Shown here piece by piece: positions 39,055-47,953 of a stretch of 64,000 bases of DNA. Location of the stretch: the IMG/VR virus record IMGVR_UViG_3300023178_000030, positions 14,963 to 78,962 of that record; one strand, written 5' to 3'. Made by a program: the position numbers and the translations under genes. The notes below the pieces were generated by a model. That model worked only from the letters and a program-made list of their open reading frames with translations. It was not told the origin of the DNA and did not search any database. Each line of letters begins with the position of its first letter. Position 1 is the stretch's first letter. Source of the DNA: a virus.

Positions 39055-40454
39055 TGTCAGAAAATAGTTTAAATTATGCAGGTGAGTTTTATGTCGAAAT
39101 ATGTGCATTACTAACTCTAACTGGAACAAACATAAGTCTAAAAGACCAATTCGCAAGTGTAAACATTTATGAAAGTATCTTCAATAATACTCTTACTGGT
39201 GATATATCATTTATTGATACAAATGATTTAGTAGCTAATCTACCAATTGTCGGTCAAGAGAAACTCGCATTACGATTAACAACTCCAAGTGAAAATGGTA
39301 AAGATAGAAATGTATCTATTGATTTTACAGATGTACCATTAAGGATTACGAAAGTAAATGCAGTAACAGACTATAATGAAAATACAAAAGTAGTTGTATT
39401 ATCATTTACCACACCAGAACTACTACAAAACGAAAGAACAAGAATCGCACAAAAATATGAGGGAGAACCATCAGTTGATATGGTTCAAAATATATTACGA
39501 AATGAATTAAACTCTCAAAAAGAATTCTATTACGAAAAAACATCAAACAATTTTAAAATGATTGCAATGAATGAAAGACCATTTGCATTTATTAATAAGT
39601 TATCAAAAAGATGTCTATCTGCAAAACATAATTATGCACCAACATTTTTATTCTATGAAACTACAAAAGGTTTTCATTTTAGAACATTAGATAGTATGTT
39701 AAATACAGATAGTGTAAGAATGTCTTATCAAGAAATAATACCAAATCTTCAAGAAACAGGCCCAATAGGAAATATGTTTAACTTATTGAATTATGAATTT
39801 TTTTCTGCACCAGATGTTTTGAAATCAACTAGACATGGTATGTATTCTTCAAAACTTTTATTGTTAGACTTACATAACAAAGTAAGTAAAACATATGATT
39901 ATAGTTACCTAGATGATTTTGAAAACAATAAACATACAGATACAAAAAATGAATATGCACAAACAAAACCAATAATATCAACTGCAACAGATGATGATGG
40001 TACTAAAATGTCAGATAACTATGATTCAGTATTTCATATGCAAACAATAGATAGAAATGTTGTTGATGGACTTTACAACGCAAATCATGTTGAAGAAGAT
40101 GGAACTTTTATATATAATTATAATGGAACAGATCAATGGTTACAGAGAAGAAATTCAAGACTTGCAAATTTCAAAACTTCACATGGTGTTAAAATAAAAG
40201 TGCCAGGAAATTCTACAATGCAATCTGGTGACTTATTACATTTAGTTTTTAACAACAAAACAGATGTAACAAATCAATATATGACTGGAAGATATCTTAA
40301 TACTAGAATGAAACATAGTTTTGTTCGAGGTGACGGTGTTCACAGATACGAATTACTCATAGAGTGTAGAAAAGATTCACTCGCATCTGAATTACCAACA
40401 GCTGGTGTTGCATATTCAGATCAAGGAAAATCAACAAATCAAGAAATAGAATAG
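39054..40454 (+). CDS. Baseplate hub / tail structural protein (gp27-like)
   Basis: IYESIF...LTG, P+.GQE, FLFYET..GFHF, VPGN...GD, GRYL; follows gp53. Confidence 0.55.
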   Translation: MSENSLNYAGEFYVEICALLTLTGTNISLKDQFASVNIYESIFNNTLTGDISFIDTNDLVANLPIVGQEKLALRLTTPSENGKDRNVSIDFTDVPLRITKVNAVTDYNENTKVVVLSFTTPELLQNERTRIAQKYEGEPSVDMVQNILRNELNSQKEFYYEKTSNNFKMIAMNERPFAFINKLSKRCLSAKHNYAPTFLFYETTKGFHFRTLDSMLNTDSVRMSYQEIIPNLQETGPIGNMFNLLNYEFFSAPDVLKSTRHGMYSSKLLLLDLHNKVSKTYDYSYLDDFENNKHTDTKNEYAQTKPIISTATDDDGTKMSDNYDSVFHMQTIDRNVVDGLYNANHVEEDGTFIYNYNGTDQWLQRRNSRLANFKTSHGVKIKVPGNSTMQSGDLLHLVFNNKTDVTNQYMTGRYLNTRMKHSFVRGDGVHRYELLIECRKDSLASELPTAGVAYSDQGKSTNQEIE

Positions 40455-40507
40455 AAAGGAGATACTGTATAAGAACTTTAAAAACTTTAAAAACGAAAGG
40501 AAAATCA

Positions 40508-40657
40508 ATGACCCAAAAACTCAAAAATAGAATCCAAAGAATGACATTTCAGAAACAAAAAGTAAGGAGAGATAAGGTCGACATTAATGATGATGTAAAA
40601 GTTGCAGAATTTATTTTCAATAAAAAAGTTAAGGAGATGATACAGAAATCAGTTTAA
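40508..40657 (+). CDS. Small basic protein (49 aa)
   Basis: RBS AAGGA; not in ORF track. Confidence 0.5.
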   Translation: MTQKLKNRIQRMTFQKQKVRRDKVDINDDVKVAEFIFNKKVKEMIQKSV

Positions 40658-40680
40658 AATTCAGTAAACATAGTGATTAT

Positions 40681-40709
40681 AAGCCCTTGATTTTCAAGGG
40701 CTTTTTTTT
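40681..40709 (+). terminator. Intrinsic terminator ending the baseplate operon
   Basis: AAGCCCTTGA-TTT-TCAAGGGCTT followed by a T run. Confidence 0.88.
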
Positions 40710-40722
40710 CGTCTAAATATTG

Positions 40723-40829
40723 TAAGTCCTTGATTTTAAAAGAAACTTTTTTTGGCATATGTGTTGACATAGTGTGTTTGTTTTGATAACATAGCTATAA
40801 TGATTAACAAAACACAGGAAAACAAAATG
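40723..40829 (+). promoter_or_regulatory. IHF-site-linked promoter, copy 2, with repeated leader
   Basis: TAAGTCCTTGATT at 40723, TTGACA at 40764, TAACAT at 40787; leader shared with the 56568 and 59755 copies. Confidence 0.8.
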
Positions 40830-41087
40830 AATACATATCAAGAATTTGCAAACTACTGCTACGATTTCTACGGTAAAAACGGTACTTTTGAATTAAACTA
40901 TACTAGAAAACAAATTGCCGCAGGCATTTATTCTTATCTCTTAAAATTAAATGATGACATTACCTGGGGTGGTGGTGACAGTATCGACAGAGAAAGAGTT
41001 AGAATCGAAATGCAAAAACTTTATCCAGAAGTTGAAAATTTGGCAGAAGTTGCACTTGACAATTTTAAAGTTAAAGGAATATTATGA
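40827..41087 (+). CDS. Hypothetical protein (paralog family A)
   Basis: FANYCYDFYGKNG...GDSIDRERVR. Confidence 0.7.
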   Translation: MNTYQEFANYCYDFYGKNGTFELNYTRKQIAAGIYSYLLKLNDDITWGGGDSIDRERVRIEMQKLYPEVENLAEVALDNFKVKGIL

Positions 41088-41278
41088 AAAAATACTTACC
41101 AACAATTCAAGTTATTATCGGCTTCTTTGGTGTTCTTTTATGTTTTGGTGCAGTTGGAACTGTTGAAGTCGAAGAAAATCCTGATTACATGATAGTAATT
41201 ATTCAAGGTCTTTCAGGTTTATTATTATTGTTTTTATCAATGTTAATTCCTTTCACTACGGAGAAAAATGATGACTAA
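41084..41278 (+). CDS. 2-TM small membrane protein
   Basis: Two hydrophobic helices; GAVG..E. Confidence 0.65.
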   Translation: MKKYLPTIQVIIGFFGVLLCFGAVGTVEVEENPDYMIVIIQGLSGLLLLFLSMLIPFTTEKNDD

Positions 41279-41834
41279 ATTTTTATTTAAATTATGTGTT
41301 TTCATGTTAGGTTTATATTTGTTTGTTATTTTCAATATACAAGAAAAAATTCATACATCAACAGATAGAGTTGATAAGTTAGAAACAAAATATCTTAACA
41401 TCAACTACGAAGATTTAAATGCAGAACATCAAAAAGATATTGATTGTCTTGCAAGTAACATTTATTTTGAAGCTCGTGGTGAACCAACAAAAGGTAAAGT
41501 TGCAGTTGCAATGGTTACTTTAAATAGAGTTGTATCAAAAGATTTTCCTAATACAGTATGTGGTGTTGTTCTTCAGAGAACTAAAAAAGTATGTCAATTT
41601 TCTTGGTTCTGTCAAAAGAGAGAAAGTTGGTTACATAGGAGTGCAAGAGTTAAATCTAAAAAACATTATGATGATATAGAAAATCTTGCAGTAAAAGTCT
41701 ATACAAATTATCAAACATTAAAGAAAGAAGATTTAACTTATGGTTCTACTTTTTATCATGCAACTTATATAAACCCAAAATGGGATTTGTATAAAACTAG
41801 AACTATTGGTAATCATACTTTTTACAAACATTGA
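41268..41834 (+). CDS. Second SleB-like cell wall hydrolase
   Basis: NIYFEARGE, NRV...FPNTVC, CQFSW, FYHA, IGNH.FY. Confidence 0.9.
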   Translation: MMTKFLFKLCVFMLGLYLFVIFNIQEKIHTSTDRVDKLETKYLNINYEDLNAEHQKDIDCLASNIYFEARGEPTKGKVAVAMVTLNRVVSKDFPNTVCGVVLQRTKKVCQFSWFCQKRESWLHRSARVKSKKHYDDIENLAVKVYTNYQTLKKEDLTYGSTFYHATYINPKWDLYKTRTIGNHTFYKH

Positions 41835-41835
41835 C

Positions 41836-41864
41836 TTGACAAACAATAATTTTTATGATAATAT
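41836..41864 (+). promoter_or_regulatory. sigma70 promoter
   Basis: TTGACA-17-TAATAT. Confidence 0.6.
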
Positions 41865-41873
41865 TTCTGTGTT

Positions 41874-42233
41874 ATGAGTAAACGAATTAATAAAAAACAT
41901 TATATTGATGACTGGAGAGAAAATAATAAGTTTCTCAAAAGATTAAATTTATCAAAGATTACTTTAGAAGAATATATAGATGAAAGACACGGTAAAGGTA
42001 AATACAAACCTAGAGTGTTAGATACTTTTACAGTAACAAAGAGTTATGTTAGGACAACAGAACATATTCCTAGTTTATCAATGTCTACTAGAGGTGATTG
42101 TTCTAAAAGAGATAATTCTGAAAAACTCAAAGTTAGTAGTAAATATATAATAGGTCAGGCTTATAATAAAGGTGGGTTTCAAGTGTTGACTGATTTTGAA
42201 TCAAAAGACCCACAAACAGGAAAGAGAAGATAA
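41874..42233 (+). CDS. Conserved hypothetical protein
   Basis: IPS...AYNKGGFQV...GKRR. Confidence 0.7.
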   Translation: MSKRINKKHYIDDWRENNKFLKRLNLSKITLEEYIDERHGKGKYKPRVLDTFTVTKSYVRTTEHIPSLSMSTRGDCSKRDNSEKLKVSSKYIIGQAYNKGGFQVLTDFESKDPQTGKRR

Positions 42234-43079
42234 TTGTTTTTTGCGTTTATTACATTAATTATTGCGATTAGTATTAGTGCAGTTGCGGCTTACTATTCTA
42301 TTATAGGTTTAGTTGCAATTTTTTCAAGTGCAGTATTACCAGTTGCAATCATGGGCATAGTGTTAGAAGCAGGTAAGTTAGTTACTGCATCATGGTTATA
42401 TCAAAATTGGAAACGAATAAATTTTGTTATCAAAACATATCTAACATTTGCAGTAGTAGTATTGATGTTCATTACATCTATGGGTATCTTTGGTTTTTTA
42501 TCTAAAGCTCATATAGACCAAACATTGACAAGTGATACATCAAATATCGAAATCGAAAGAATCGAATCATTAATCACAATAGAAAATAGGAGAATTGAAA
42601 ATGCTCAAAAAAATCTTGACAACCTTGAACGGCTGGTGGAAAACCTGTCAGCAGAAGATGCTGCTTATACTCGCAGAATTCAAAGACGAGAACGAAGTGC
42701 AATTGACAAAACCATCAAAGAAGCCAGTCAGAAAATCTCGAACTACAAAGAAGAAATCATCCCCTACAAAAAAGAAGCAGTCAAGCTCGAGGCGGAAGTC
42801 GGCCCGATAAAATATATTTCTGAACTAATTTATGATAACTCTAACTCTGAACTATTAGAAGATGCAGTTAGGGTTGTCATAATTATTTTAGTATTTGTAT
42901 TTGATCCACTTGCAGTTGTATTACTCATTGCGGCTAATATGTCATTTCAACAAGAGAAGTTGCGAAGAAAAAGAAAACGACAAGCTCAAATCAAGAAAGA
43001 ACTACCTCAAAAGAAAAAGGGTGAAATGGTAAAAGTTACCAGAGAACTCAATGGTGTTTCAACCACTACTTACGAATAA
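42234..43079 (+). CDS. Membrane protein with coiled coil
   Basis: AAYYSI.GL, LE.GK, ITSMGIFGFLSKAH, VGPIKYI, FDPLAV. Confidence 0.75.
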   Translation: MFFAFITLIIAISISAVAAYYSIIGLVAIFSSAVLPVAIMGIVLEAGKLVTASWLYQNWKRINFVIKTYLTFAVVVLMFITSMGIFGFLSKAHIDQTLTSDTSNIEIERIESLITIENRRIENAQKNLDNLERLVENLSAEDAAYTRRIQRRERSAIDKTIKEASQKISNYKEEIIPYKKEAVKLEAEVGPIKYISELIYDNSNSELLEDAVRVVIIILVFVFDPLAVVLLIAANMSFQQEKLRRKRKRQAQIKKELPQKKKGEMVKVTRELNGVSTTTYE

Positions 43080-43164
43080 TTACAAACTCATTACAATAAA
43101 ATCACTTTTTATTTTTTTGTAATATTTTCGTGTTAAATAATATGTGTAATGTGAAGGAGAAATT

Positions 43165-43749
43165 ATGAAACATTTATTATTAATATTTTTTATGTTATTT
43201 TCATTACCAGTTTTTGCAGATGATAGAAACTGGGAAAAGTCAGAACATAATATAAACATTAAACACAATAACTTTGGTCTTAACATTCGTCAGTATGCAC
43301 AAGATGATTATGACCATATTCAATTTGAATACAATGTAGTCAAGAGTGTGAAACTTGCATTAAGACTTGCAGAAGAAGGTGAAATCAAAGAAAAAAGACC
43401 AAGTATCACTCATACTGTTGGTAAGTTTGGGCCTATAAAAGTTGCACATAGATTAGGTTATAGAATGTATGAGAGTGATTTAAAATCTGATTTTGCAAGA
43501 TATAGAATCATACTTGGTGCGAACTATGGTATGTTTTGGACTAAAGTACAACCAAGATGGAAAGTTGGTGGTGAAGGTGTTCATGTAGATGCAAAAATAG
43601 ATGACATTAAATCTTCAGTTGGTATCAAACTAAACTTGAATGAACATACAACATTTAAACCATATGTTGAATATCTTGCAGATGGTGAATTAAATGATTA
43701 TAAGAAAAAATATGTGATGTTGGGTACTGAACTAACATTTAAATTTTAG
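43165..43749 (+). CDS. Outer-membrane beta-barrel / small porin-like protein
   Basis: Signal peptide ending VFA; alternating beta-strand pattern; C-terminal GTELTFKF. Confidence 0.7.
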   Translation: MKHLLLIFFMLFSLPVFADDRNWEKSEHNINIKHNNFGLNIRQYAQDDYDHIQFEYNVVKSVKLALRLAEEGEIKEKRPSITHTVGKFGPIKVAHRLGYRMYESDLKSDFARYRIILGANYGMFWTKVQPRWKVGGEGVHVDAKIDDIKSSVGIKLNLNEHTTFKPYVEYLADGELNDYKKKYVMLGTELTFKF

Positions 43750-43861
43750 TGAAACCAGAAATTAAAAAATTGATAAGACAAATAATTTTTGAAATAATAT
43801 TGCCAGTAGCATTACTTATTTGGTTTATGTTATGGTTATTAGGGCCAGTAGGAAAAGGTTA

Positions 43862-44164
43862 ATGTATAGTACATTAAGAGAAACATTACAAGAGAGATAT
43901 GGAGATAATAGGAGACTTTATCTCCAAGCTCTCTATCTTAATGTTGAAGTTGGCCCATATACACCAGACCCTGTCGAGGGAATGTATGCATTAGAAAATT
44001 ACAAGTATGGTAATTTAGAATTTGATGAAGCTATTTCACACATAAACAAAAACAGAAAAAAGACATTCGATTTACAACAATACAATGATGACTGGCAAGA
44101 ATATTTAAATTTATGTGAAAAGGAAATATTAGATGAAAAAGATAATAGAGAAAATAAAACTTAA
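43862..44164 (+). CDS. Hypothetical protein
   Basis: RBS-like AGGAAAAGG; ATG at 43862. Confidence 0.55.
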   Translation: MYSTLRETLQERYGDNRRLYLQALYLNVEVGPYTPDPVEGMYALENYKYGNLEFDEAISHINKNRKKTFDLQQYNDDWQEYLNLCEKEILDEKDNRENKT

Positions 44165-44221
44165 ATTCAAATACAAATCTACTATGTGGGTGAAACCATA
44201 TTTTGAAGATTGTTTATAAAC

Positions 44222-44256
44222 AAAAAAAGGGAGTATAAAAACTCCCTTTTCTTTTT
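44222..44256. terminator. Bidirectional intrinsic terminator
   Basis: A-run GGGAGT-loop-ACTCCC T-run between convergent ORFs. Confidence 0.85.
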
Positions 44257-44272
44257 CTATTTGAAATAAAAT

Positions 44273-44344
44273 TTACTTGTTTGCAATGTACATTGTAACT
44301 TCAAAACCAAATCTCATTTCAGTATATTCTGGTGACTTCCACAT
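44273..44344 (-). CDS. pqqA: PQQ precursor peptide PqqA (23 aa), not in ORF track
   Basis: Translates MWKSPEYTEMRFGFEVTMYIANK with the E-x-x-x-Y core; RBS AAGGAG; own terminator. Confidence 0.95.
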   Translation of the reverse strand: MWKSPEYTEMRFGFEVTMYIANK

Positions 44345-44436
44345 AATACTTCTCCTTAATAATTATTAACACTAATATATATAATAAACACAAAAAAATC
44401 ACATAGTGATAATCATTAAAATCAAGTGAGAAAATC

Positions 44437-44670
44437 ATGAAAAAAGAAGATGCTAAAATAATCTTACTAAAAGATGTTATTGAAACAAAACTACGAAAAG
44501 AAAAAGAATTAGATTACTATCAAAAACAACTTGAAGAGCTTCAGATGAAAATGGTGTTTCTAAAAAAAGATATTCATTTAACTAACACTATTATTAATAT
44601 TATCGAAAGTGAAAATATTATGCAATTAGAACCTTTAATACTTGACAAAAACATAAGAGATGAGTTATAA
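44437..44670 (+). CDS. Coiled-coil hypothetical protein
   Basis: RKEKELDYY...LT..II.IIE. Confidence 0.65.
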   Translation: MKKEDAKIILLKDVIETKLRKEKELDYYQKQLEELQMKMVFLKKDIHLTNTIINIIESENIMQLEPLILDKNIRDEL

Positions 44671-44671
44671 T
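44642..44671 (+). promoter_or_regulatory. sigma70 promoter
   Basis: TTGACA-18-TATAAT. Confidence 0.75.
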
Positions 44672-44692
44672 TACTGTTCTTTCTTAAAATAA

Positions 44693-44767
44693 AAGAGTAT
44701 GTAAGGCGCTAGTATTCGTGATGAAGTTGAGTCTGGATTCAGGTGCTAGGTCTTACATATTCCTCTT
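44693..44767 (+). ncRNA. Candidate structured 5' leader RNA
   Basis: AAGAG-TATGTAAG/CTTACATA-CTCTT, CTAGTATT/GGTGCTAG and TGAGT/ATTCA helices. Confidence 0.55.
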
Positions 44768-44773
44768 ACGATT

Positions 44774-45022
44774 ATGAAAAAATATATCCATGTAGACACA
44801 ATCAAAATCAGAACTAACATCAAAAAGAAAAAGTTAGACCCTAACTATGAGGTTGAGCCTGTTGTTATTGTTAGAACTAAAAGTAAAGTATTAGAGAAAT
44901 GTCATGAGGTCGAAATACTAGGCCCAAGTAAAGTTGTATATGCAGAAGGTGGTGAGAAAATACTGAACTGTGGTGCAAGAACTGTAATTGAAACAGAAAG
45001 TGAAATAAAGGTGATAAGATGA
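44774..45022 (+). CDS. Conserved hypothetical protein
   Basis: IHV...HEVEILGPSKVVY...CGAR..IET. Confidence 0.7.
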   Translation: MKKYIHVDTIKIRTNIKKKKLDPNYEVEPVVIVRTKSKVLEKCHEVEILGPSKVVYAEGGEKILNCGARTVIETESEIKVIR

Positions 45023-45750
45023 TGTTTAATTTAAATAAAACAATTGAAGTCCATTGTTATACATGGAGAAAAATAAATGCAGAAGAATTTTGTATTAAAG
45101 AGATGAAACCACATAGACCAAAATGGTTTAGAGATATGGGAAAAATGACTGGAACTAAATGGAATCTTCCAAAGTTAAATATAAAACATTGTCATGGTAT
45201 TCTTGAATTATTTAAAAGAAGTTTTTATCTTCCTTTATGGACTGACTTATATATTATTAATGAAATGCATGATATAAATGCTATATCGAAAGATTCTTAC
45301 CTGATAGTTTCAAAACATTTTGATAAAGCTAATTCACAAGCTCCAACTTTATCAGAAAAACACAGAAATCTTAAAATAGATGCTCCTTGGATTTTTGATT
45401 GTGATAAAGATATTAATTTTTATATTACTGGTGCATCATGGGATTATATAAACAACGACTTATTTTATAATTTTCATTTACCTCCAGCTATACTCGATTT
45501 TAAGTATCAATCATGTCTTAATACACAATGGTTATTTCCAATACCATTTACAAAAGAACAAGAAACTTGTATAAGTTTTCAAGCAGGTGATCCATTATAT
45601 TACATAACTCCATTAACAGATAAAAAAGTTAAATTTATAAGTCATTGTATTACTAAAACAGAATTTTTTGATAAATTTGATAGTTTAGATCGTACTACTT
45701 CGTTTTGGTCAAATGCTTATGCAAGAGGAAAAAAACTAATGGGTAAATGA
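45019..45750 (+). CDS. Hypothetical protein (paralog family B)
   Basis: P.WF, IKHC.G, LPLW.D, PW, GASWDYINN, AGDP; paralog of the 46364 ORF. Confidence 0.7.
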   Translation: MMFNLNKTIEVHCYTWRKINAEEFCIKEMKPHRPKWFRDMGKMTGTKWNLPKLNIKHCHGILELFKRSFYLPLWTDLYIINEMHDINAISKDSYLIVSKHFDKANSQAPTLSEKHRNLKIDAPWIFDCDKDINFYITGASWDYINNDLFYNFHLPPAILDFKYQSCLNTQWLFPIPFTKEQETCISFQAGDPLYYITPLTDKKVKFISHCITKTEFFDKFDSLDRTTSFWSNAYARGKKLMGK

Positions 45751-46361
45751 TGGAACAAGTATTAGAGAATTTTTATACTGAAGATGAGATAGATAGAATT
45801 TGGAAAGAAATACAATATTTAGATTCTAATACTTATGGTTGGGCATATCCAAATCCACAAATAAATGCAGTTGATAAAAAAGGTAATCTACTATTACAAG
45901 GTGCAAGACAATTTAAGTTTAGTATATTTGGTTATAATAACCTTGAACTGTTGAGAAAGTCTAACATTTATACTTCAGGTAAAAAACTTATGAATTACCA
46001 TGATTATTTAGTTGGTAAACATGATATTTATAAAAATATTAAGGAATTAGATCGTCATTTTTCTTTTTTAAATTACTACTATAAAGATGATGGTTGTTAC
46101 AAATTACATCATGATATATCCATGTATACAATGTTATCGTATTTTTACGAAGAGCCTAAAAATTTTACAGGTGGTCAATGTCTTGTAGGAAATAACAAAT
46201 ATGAAATACATAATGGATTTACAATCGTGTTACCAGGCTGGTTAAAACATGGTTCAACACCAATAAAAATAATCGATAAATCTAGAAAAAAATCTGGAAG
46301 ATATTCTATTGCACACTTTTTCTGGTCAGCAAACTCTAACGATTTTGAGAGGAAATCATAA
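45747..46361 (+). CDS. 2OG-Fe(II) oxygenase
   Basis: Y..HHD, FTGG, H.S.P, RYSI..F. Confidence 0.8.
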   Translation: MMEQVLENFYTEDEIDRIWKEIQYLDSNTYGWAYPNPQINAVDKKGNLLLQGARQFKFSIFGYNNLELLRKSNIYTSGKKLMNYHDYLVGKHDIYKNIKELDRHFSFLNYYYKDDGCYKLHHDISMYTMLSYFYEEPKNFTGGQCLVGNNKYEIHNGFTIVLPGWLKHGSTPIKIIDKSRKKSGRYSIAHFFWSANSNDFERKS

Positions 46362-46363
46362 AT

Positions 46364-47095
46364 ATGATGTTCAATTTTAATAAAACAGTTGAAATTCATT
46401 GTTACACATACAATAAATTTATTGCAGATAATTTTTGTGTACAAGAAATGAAAACTACAAGACCATCATGGTTTAAAAACTTACCTAAAAAATCTGAAAA
46501 AAAATCAACAATGAAAAGTTGTTATGGTTTTATAAATTTATTTAAAAAAGGATTTGTTCTCCCTTTTTGGAGTGATATTGAAATTACAAACACAATAGAA
46601 GAATTGGTTGTAAATTGTGCAAATCAAGATACAACTAATGTTTTACATCACTTAAATCCAAATAATTCATCGGCTGAAACTTTATCAACATATCACCGTC
46701 ATGCACAAATACAACCACCTTGGGTTTTTACATCTGACAAACCTACTGAATTTGCAGTTGTAGGTGCTTCATGGGATTATATAAACAATAATCTATATGA
46801 TTTTCATTTACCCACAGGTATTATTGATTTTAAATACAACAATACAATTAATGTACAAATGTTGTTTCCTAAACCAACTGGAAATCAAAGACAATCAAAT
46901 ATAATTTTTAAAGCTGGCGATCCAATATTATATTTGATTCCTTTAACTGAAAAGAAAGTTAAATTTATTACACATAATATTACTAGAATGGAATATTATG
47001 ATATGATAGACAATGTAGATTCAAAGTCACATTTTTTTAGTAACAAATATGTTAGGTCTAGAACATATGGATATAAAGGATATATGAAGGAGTAA
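46364..47095 (+). CDS. Hypothetical protein (paralog family B)
   Basis: P.WF, TMKSC.G, LP.WSD, PW, GASWDYINN, AGDP. Confidence 0.7.
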   Translation: MMFNFNKTVEIHCYTYNKFIADNFCVQEMKTTRPSWFKNLPKKSEKKSTMKSCYGFINLFKKGFVLPFWSDIEITNTIEELVVNCANQDTTNVLHHLNPNNSSAETLSTYHRHAQIQPPWVFTSDKPTEFAVVGASWDYINNNLYDFHLPTGIIDFKYNNTINVQMLFPKPTGNQRQSNIIFKAGDPILYLIPLTEKKVKFITHNITRMEYYDMIDNVDSKSHFFSNKYVRSRTYGYKGYMKE

Positions 47096-47097
47096 TT

Positions 47098-47343
47098 ATG
47101 ACACCACAAGAATCAAATACCCTATATAGATTACATACAGTAATAATGCAAGAGATCGAAAACTATCACTTTAGAGGTCAATATGACTATCATTTGAGAG
47201 TGAGAGTTGAAGATGATGAGATAAAATTTAGATATTTAAATGAGTGGCATCCTATATCAAAAGAAACACTATTTAAGATGTTAAAACAGAGTAACTTACC
47301 ACAAAGTTTATATACTAAATTAATGTTAAGGATAGTACAATGA
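47098..47343 (+). CDS. Hypothetical protein
   Basis: RBS AAGGAG; 81 aa. Confidence 0.6.
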   Translation: MTPQESNTLYRLHTVIMQEIENYHFRGQYDYHLRVRVEDDEIKFRYLNEWHPISKETLFKMLKQSNLPQSLYTKLMLRIVQ

Positions 47344-47660
47344 TTAAATTTATTTTAATGTTTTTATTTACATTCAATGTCTATGCAACAGATGAAGGTT
47401 ACAAGATGTTGAAGAACAACAATTGTTTAGCTTGTCATGCAGTTGATAAAACACTAGTAGGCCCATCATATCAAGATGTTGCGAAGAAATATGAGAATGA
47501 CGATAGAAGTATTGTAGTACCTGTTCTTGCAAGAAAGATGCGTGAAGGTGGAGTTGGTAATTGGGGAGTTATTCCTATGCCACCAATGAACTTAAGACAT
47601 AATCAATCAGAGTATATAGTTAAGTGGATTTTGAATAGAGAGTGGGAAACTACTAAATAA
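47340..47660 (+). CDS. Periplasmic class I cytochrome c (c551/c552 type)
   Basis: Signal peptide; CLACH haem motif, VGPSY.DVA.KY, WG.IPMPP axial Met. Confidence 0.92.
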   Translation: MIKFILMFLFTFNVYATDEGYKMLKNNNCLACHAVDKTLVGPSYQDVAKKYENDDRSIVVPVLARKMREGGVGNWGVIPMPPMNLRHNQSEYIVKWILNREWETTK

Positions 47661-47662
47661 AA

Positions 47663-47953
47663 ATGTATATAAACGATAGAAAGAATTATTATCACAATCG
47701 TTATCATAACAAAACATACTATAGAGATGCAGTACAAGGAGTTAGAGAGATGCCCGTTTCAAATGTTACTCAAGGTATCAATGCAGATATCTTAACAAAC
47801 ATGAAATCATCTAAAAATGTTTTATCAAAAGTAGATGAGGATAGAAAAGAAGCCGTAGAAAAATCAAAAGTTTATTTCAAGGAAGTGTTACAAACATCAA
47901 CAGATATCAAAGATAATGTTGCAAAAGGTATTAATGTTGATGTGACTACATGA
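47663..47953 (+). CDS. Hypothetical protein
   Basis: 96 aa ending KGINVDV. Confidence 0.55.
   Translation: MYINDRKNYYHNRYHNKTYYRDAVQGVREMPVSNVTQGINADILTNMKSSKNVLSKVDEDRKEAVEKSKVYFKEVLQTSTDIKDNVAKGINVDVTT

Noticed and set aside
43085-43150. Possible Pho box upstream of the porin-like gene
   Set aside because: TGTAAT-like half sites are not in a convincing 11-bp tandem arrangement
44133-44219. Small plus-strand ORF ending MWVKPYFEDCL, resembling a PqqA leader
   Set aside because: Lacks the E-x-x-x-Y core; the similarity is too short to exclude chance
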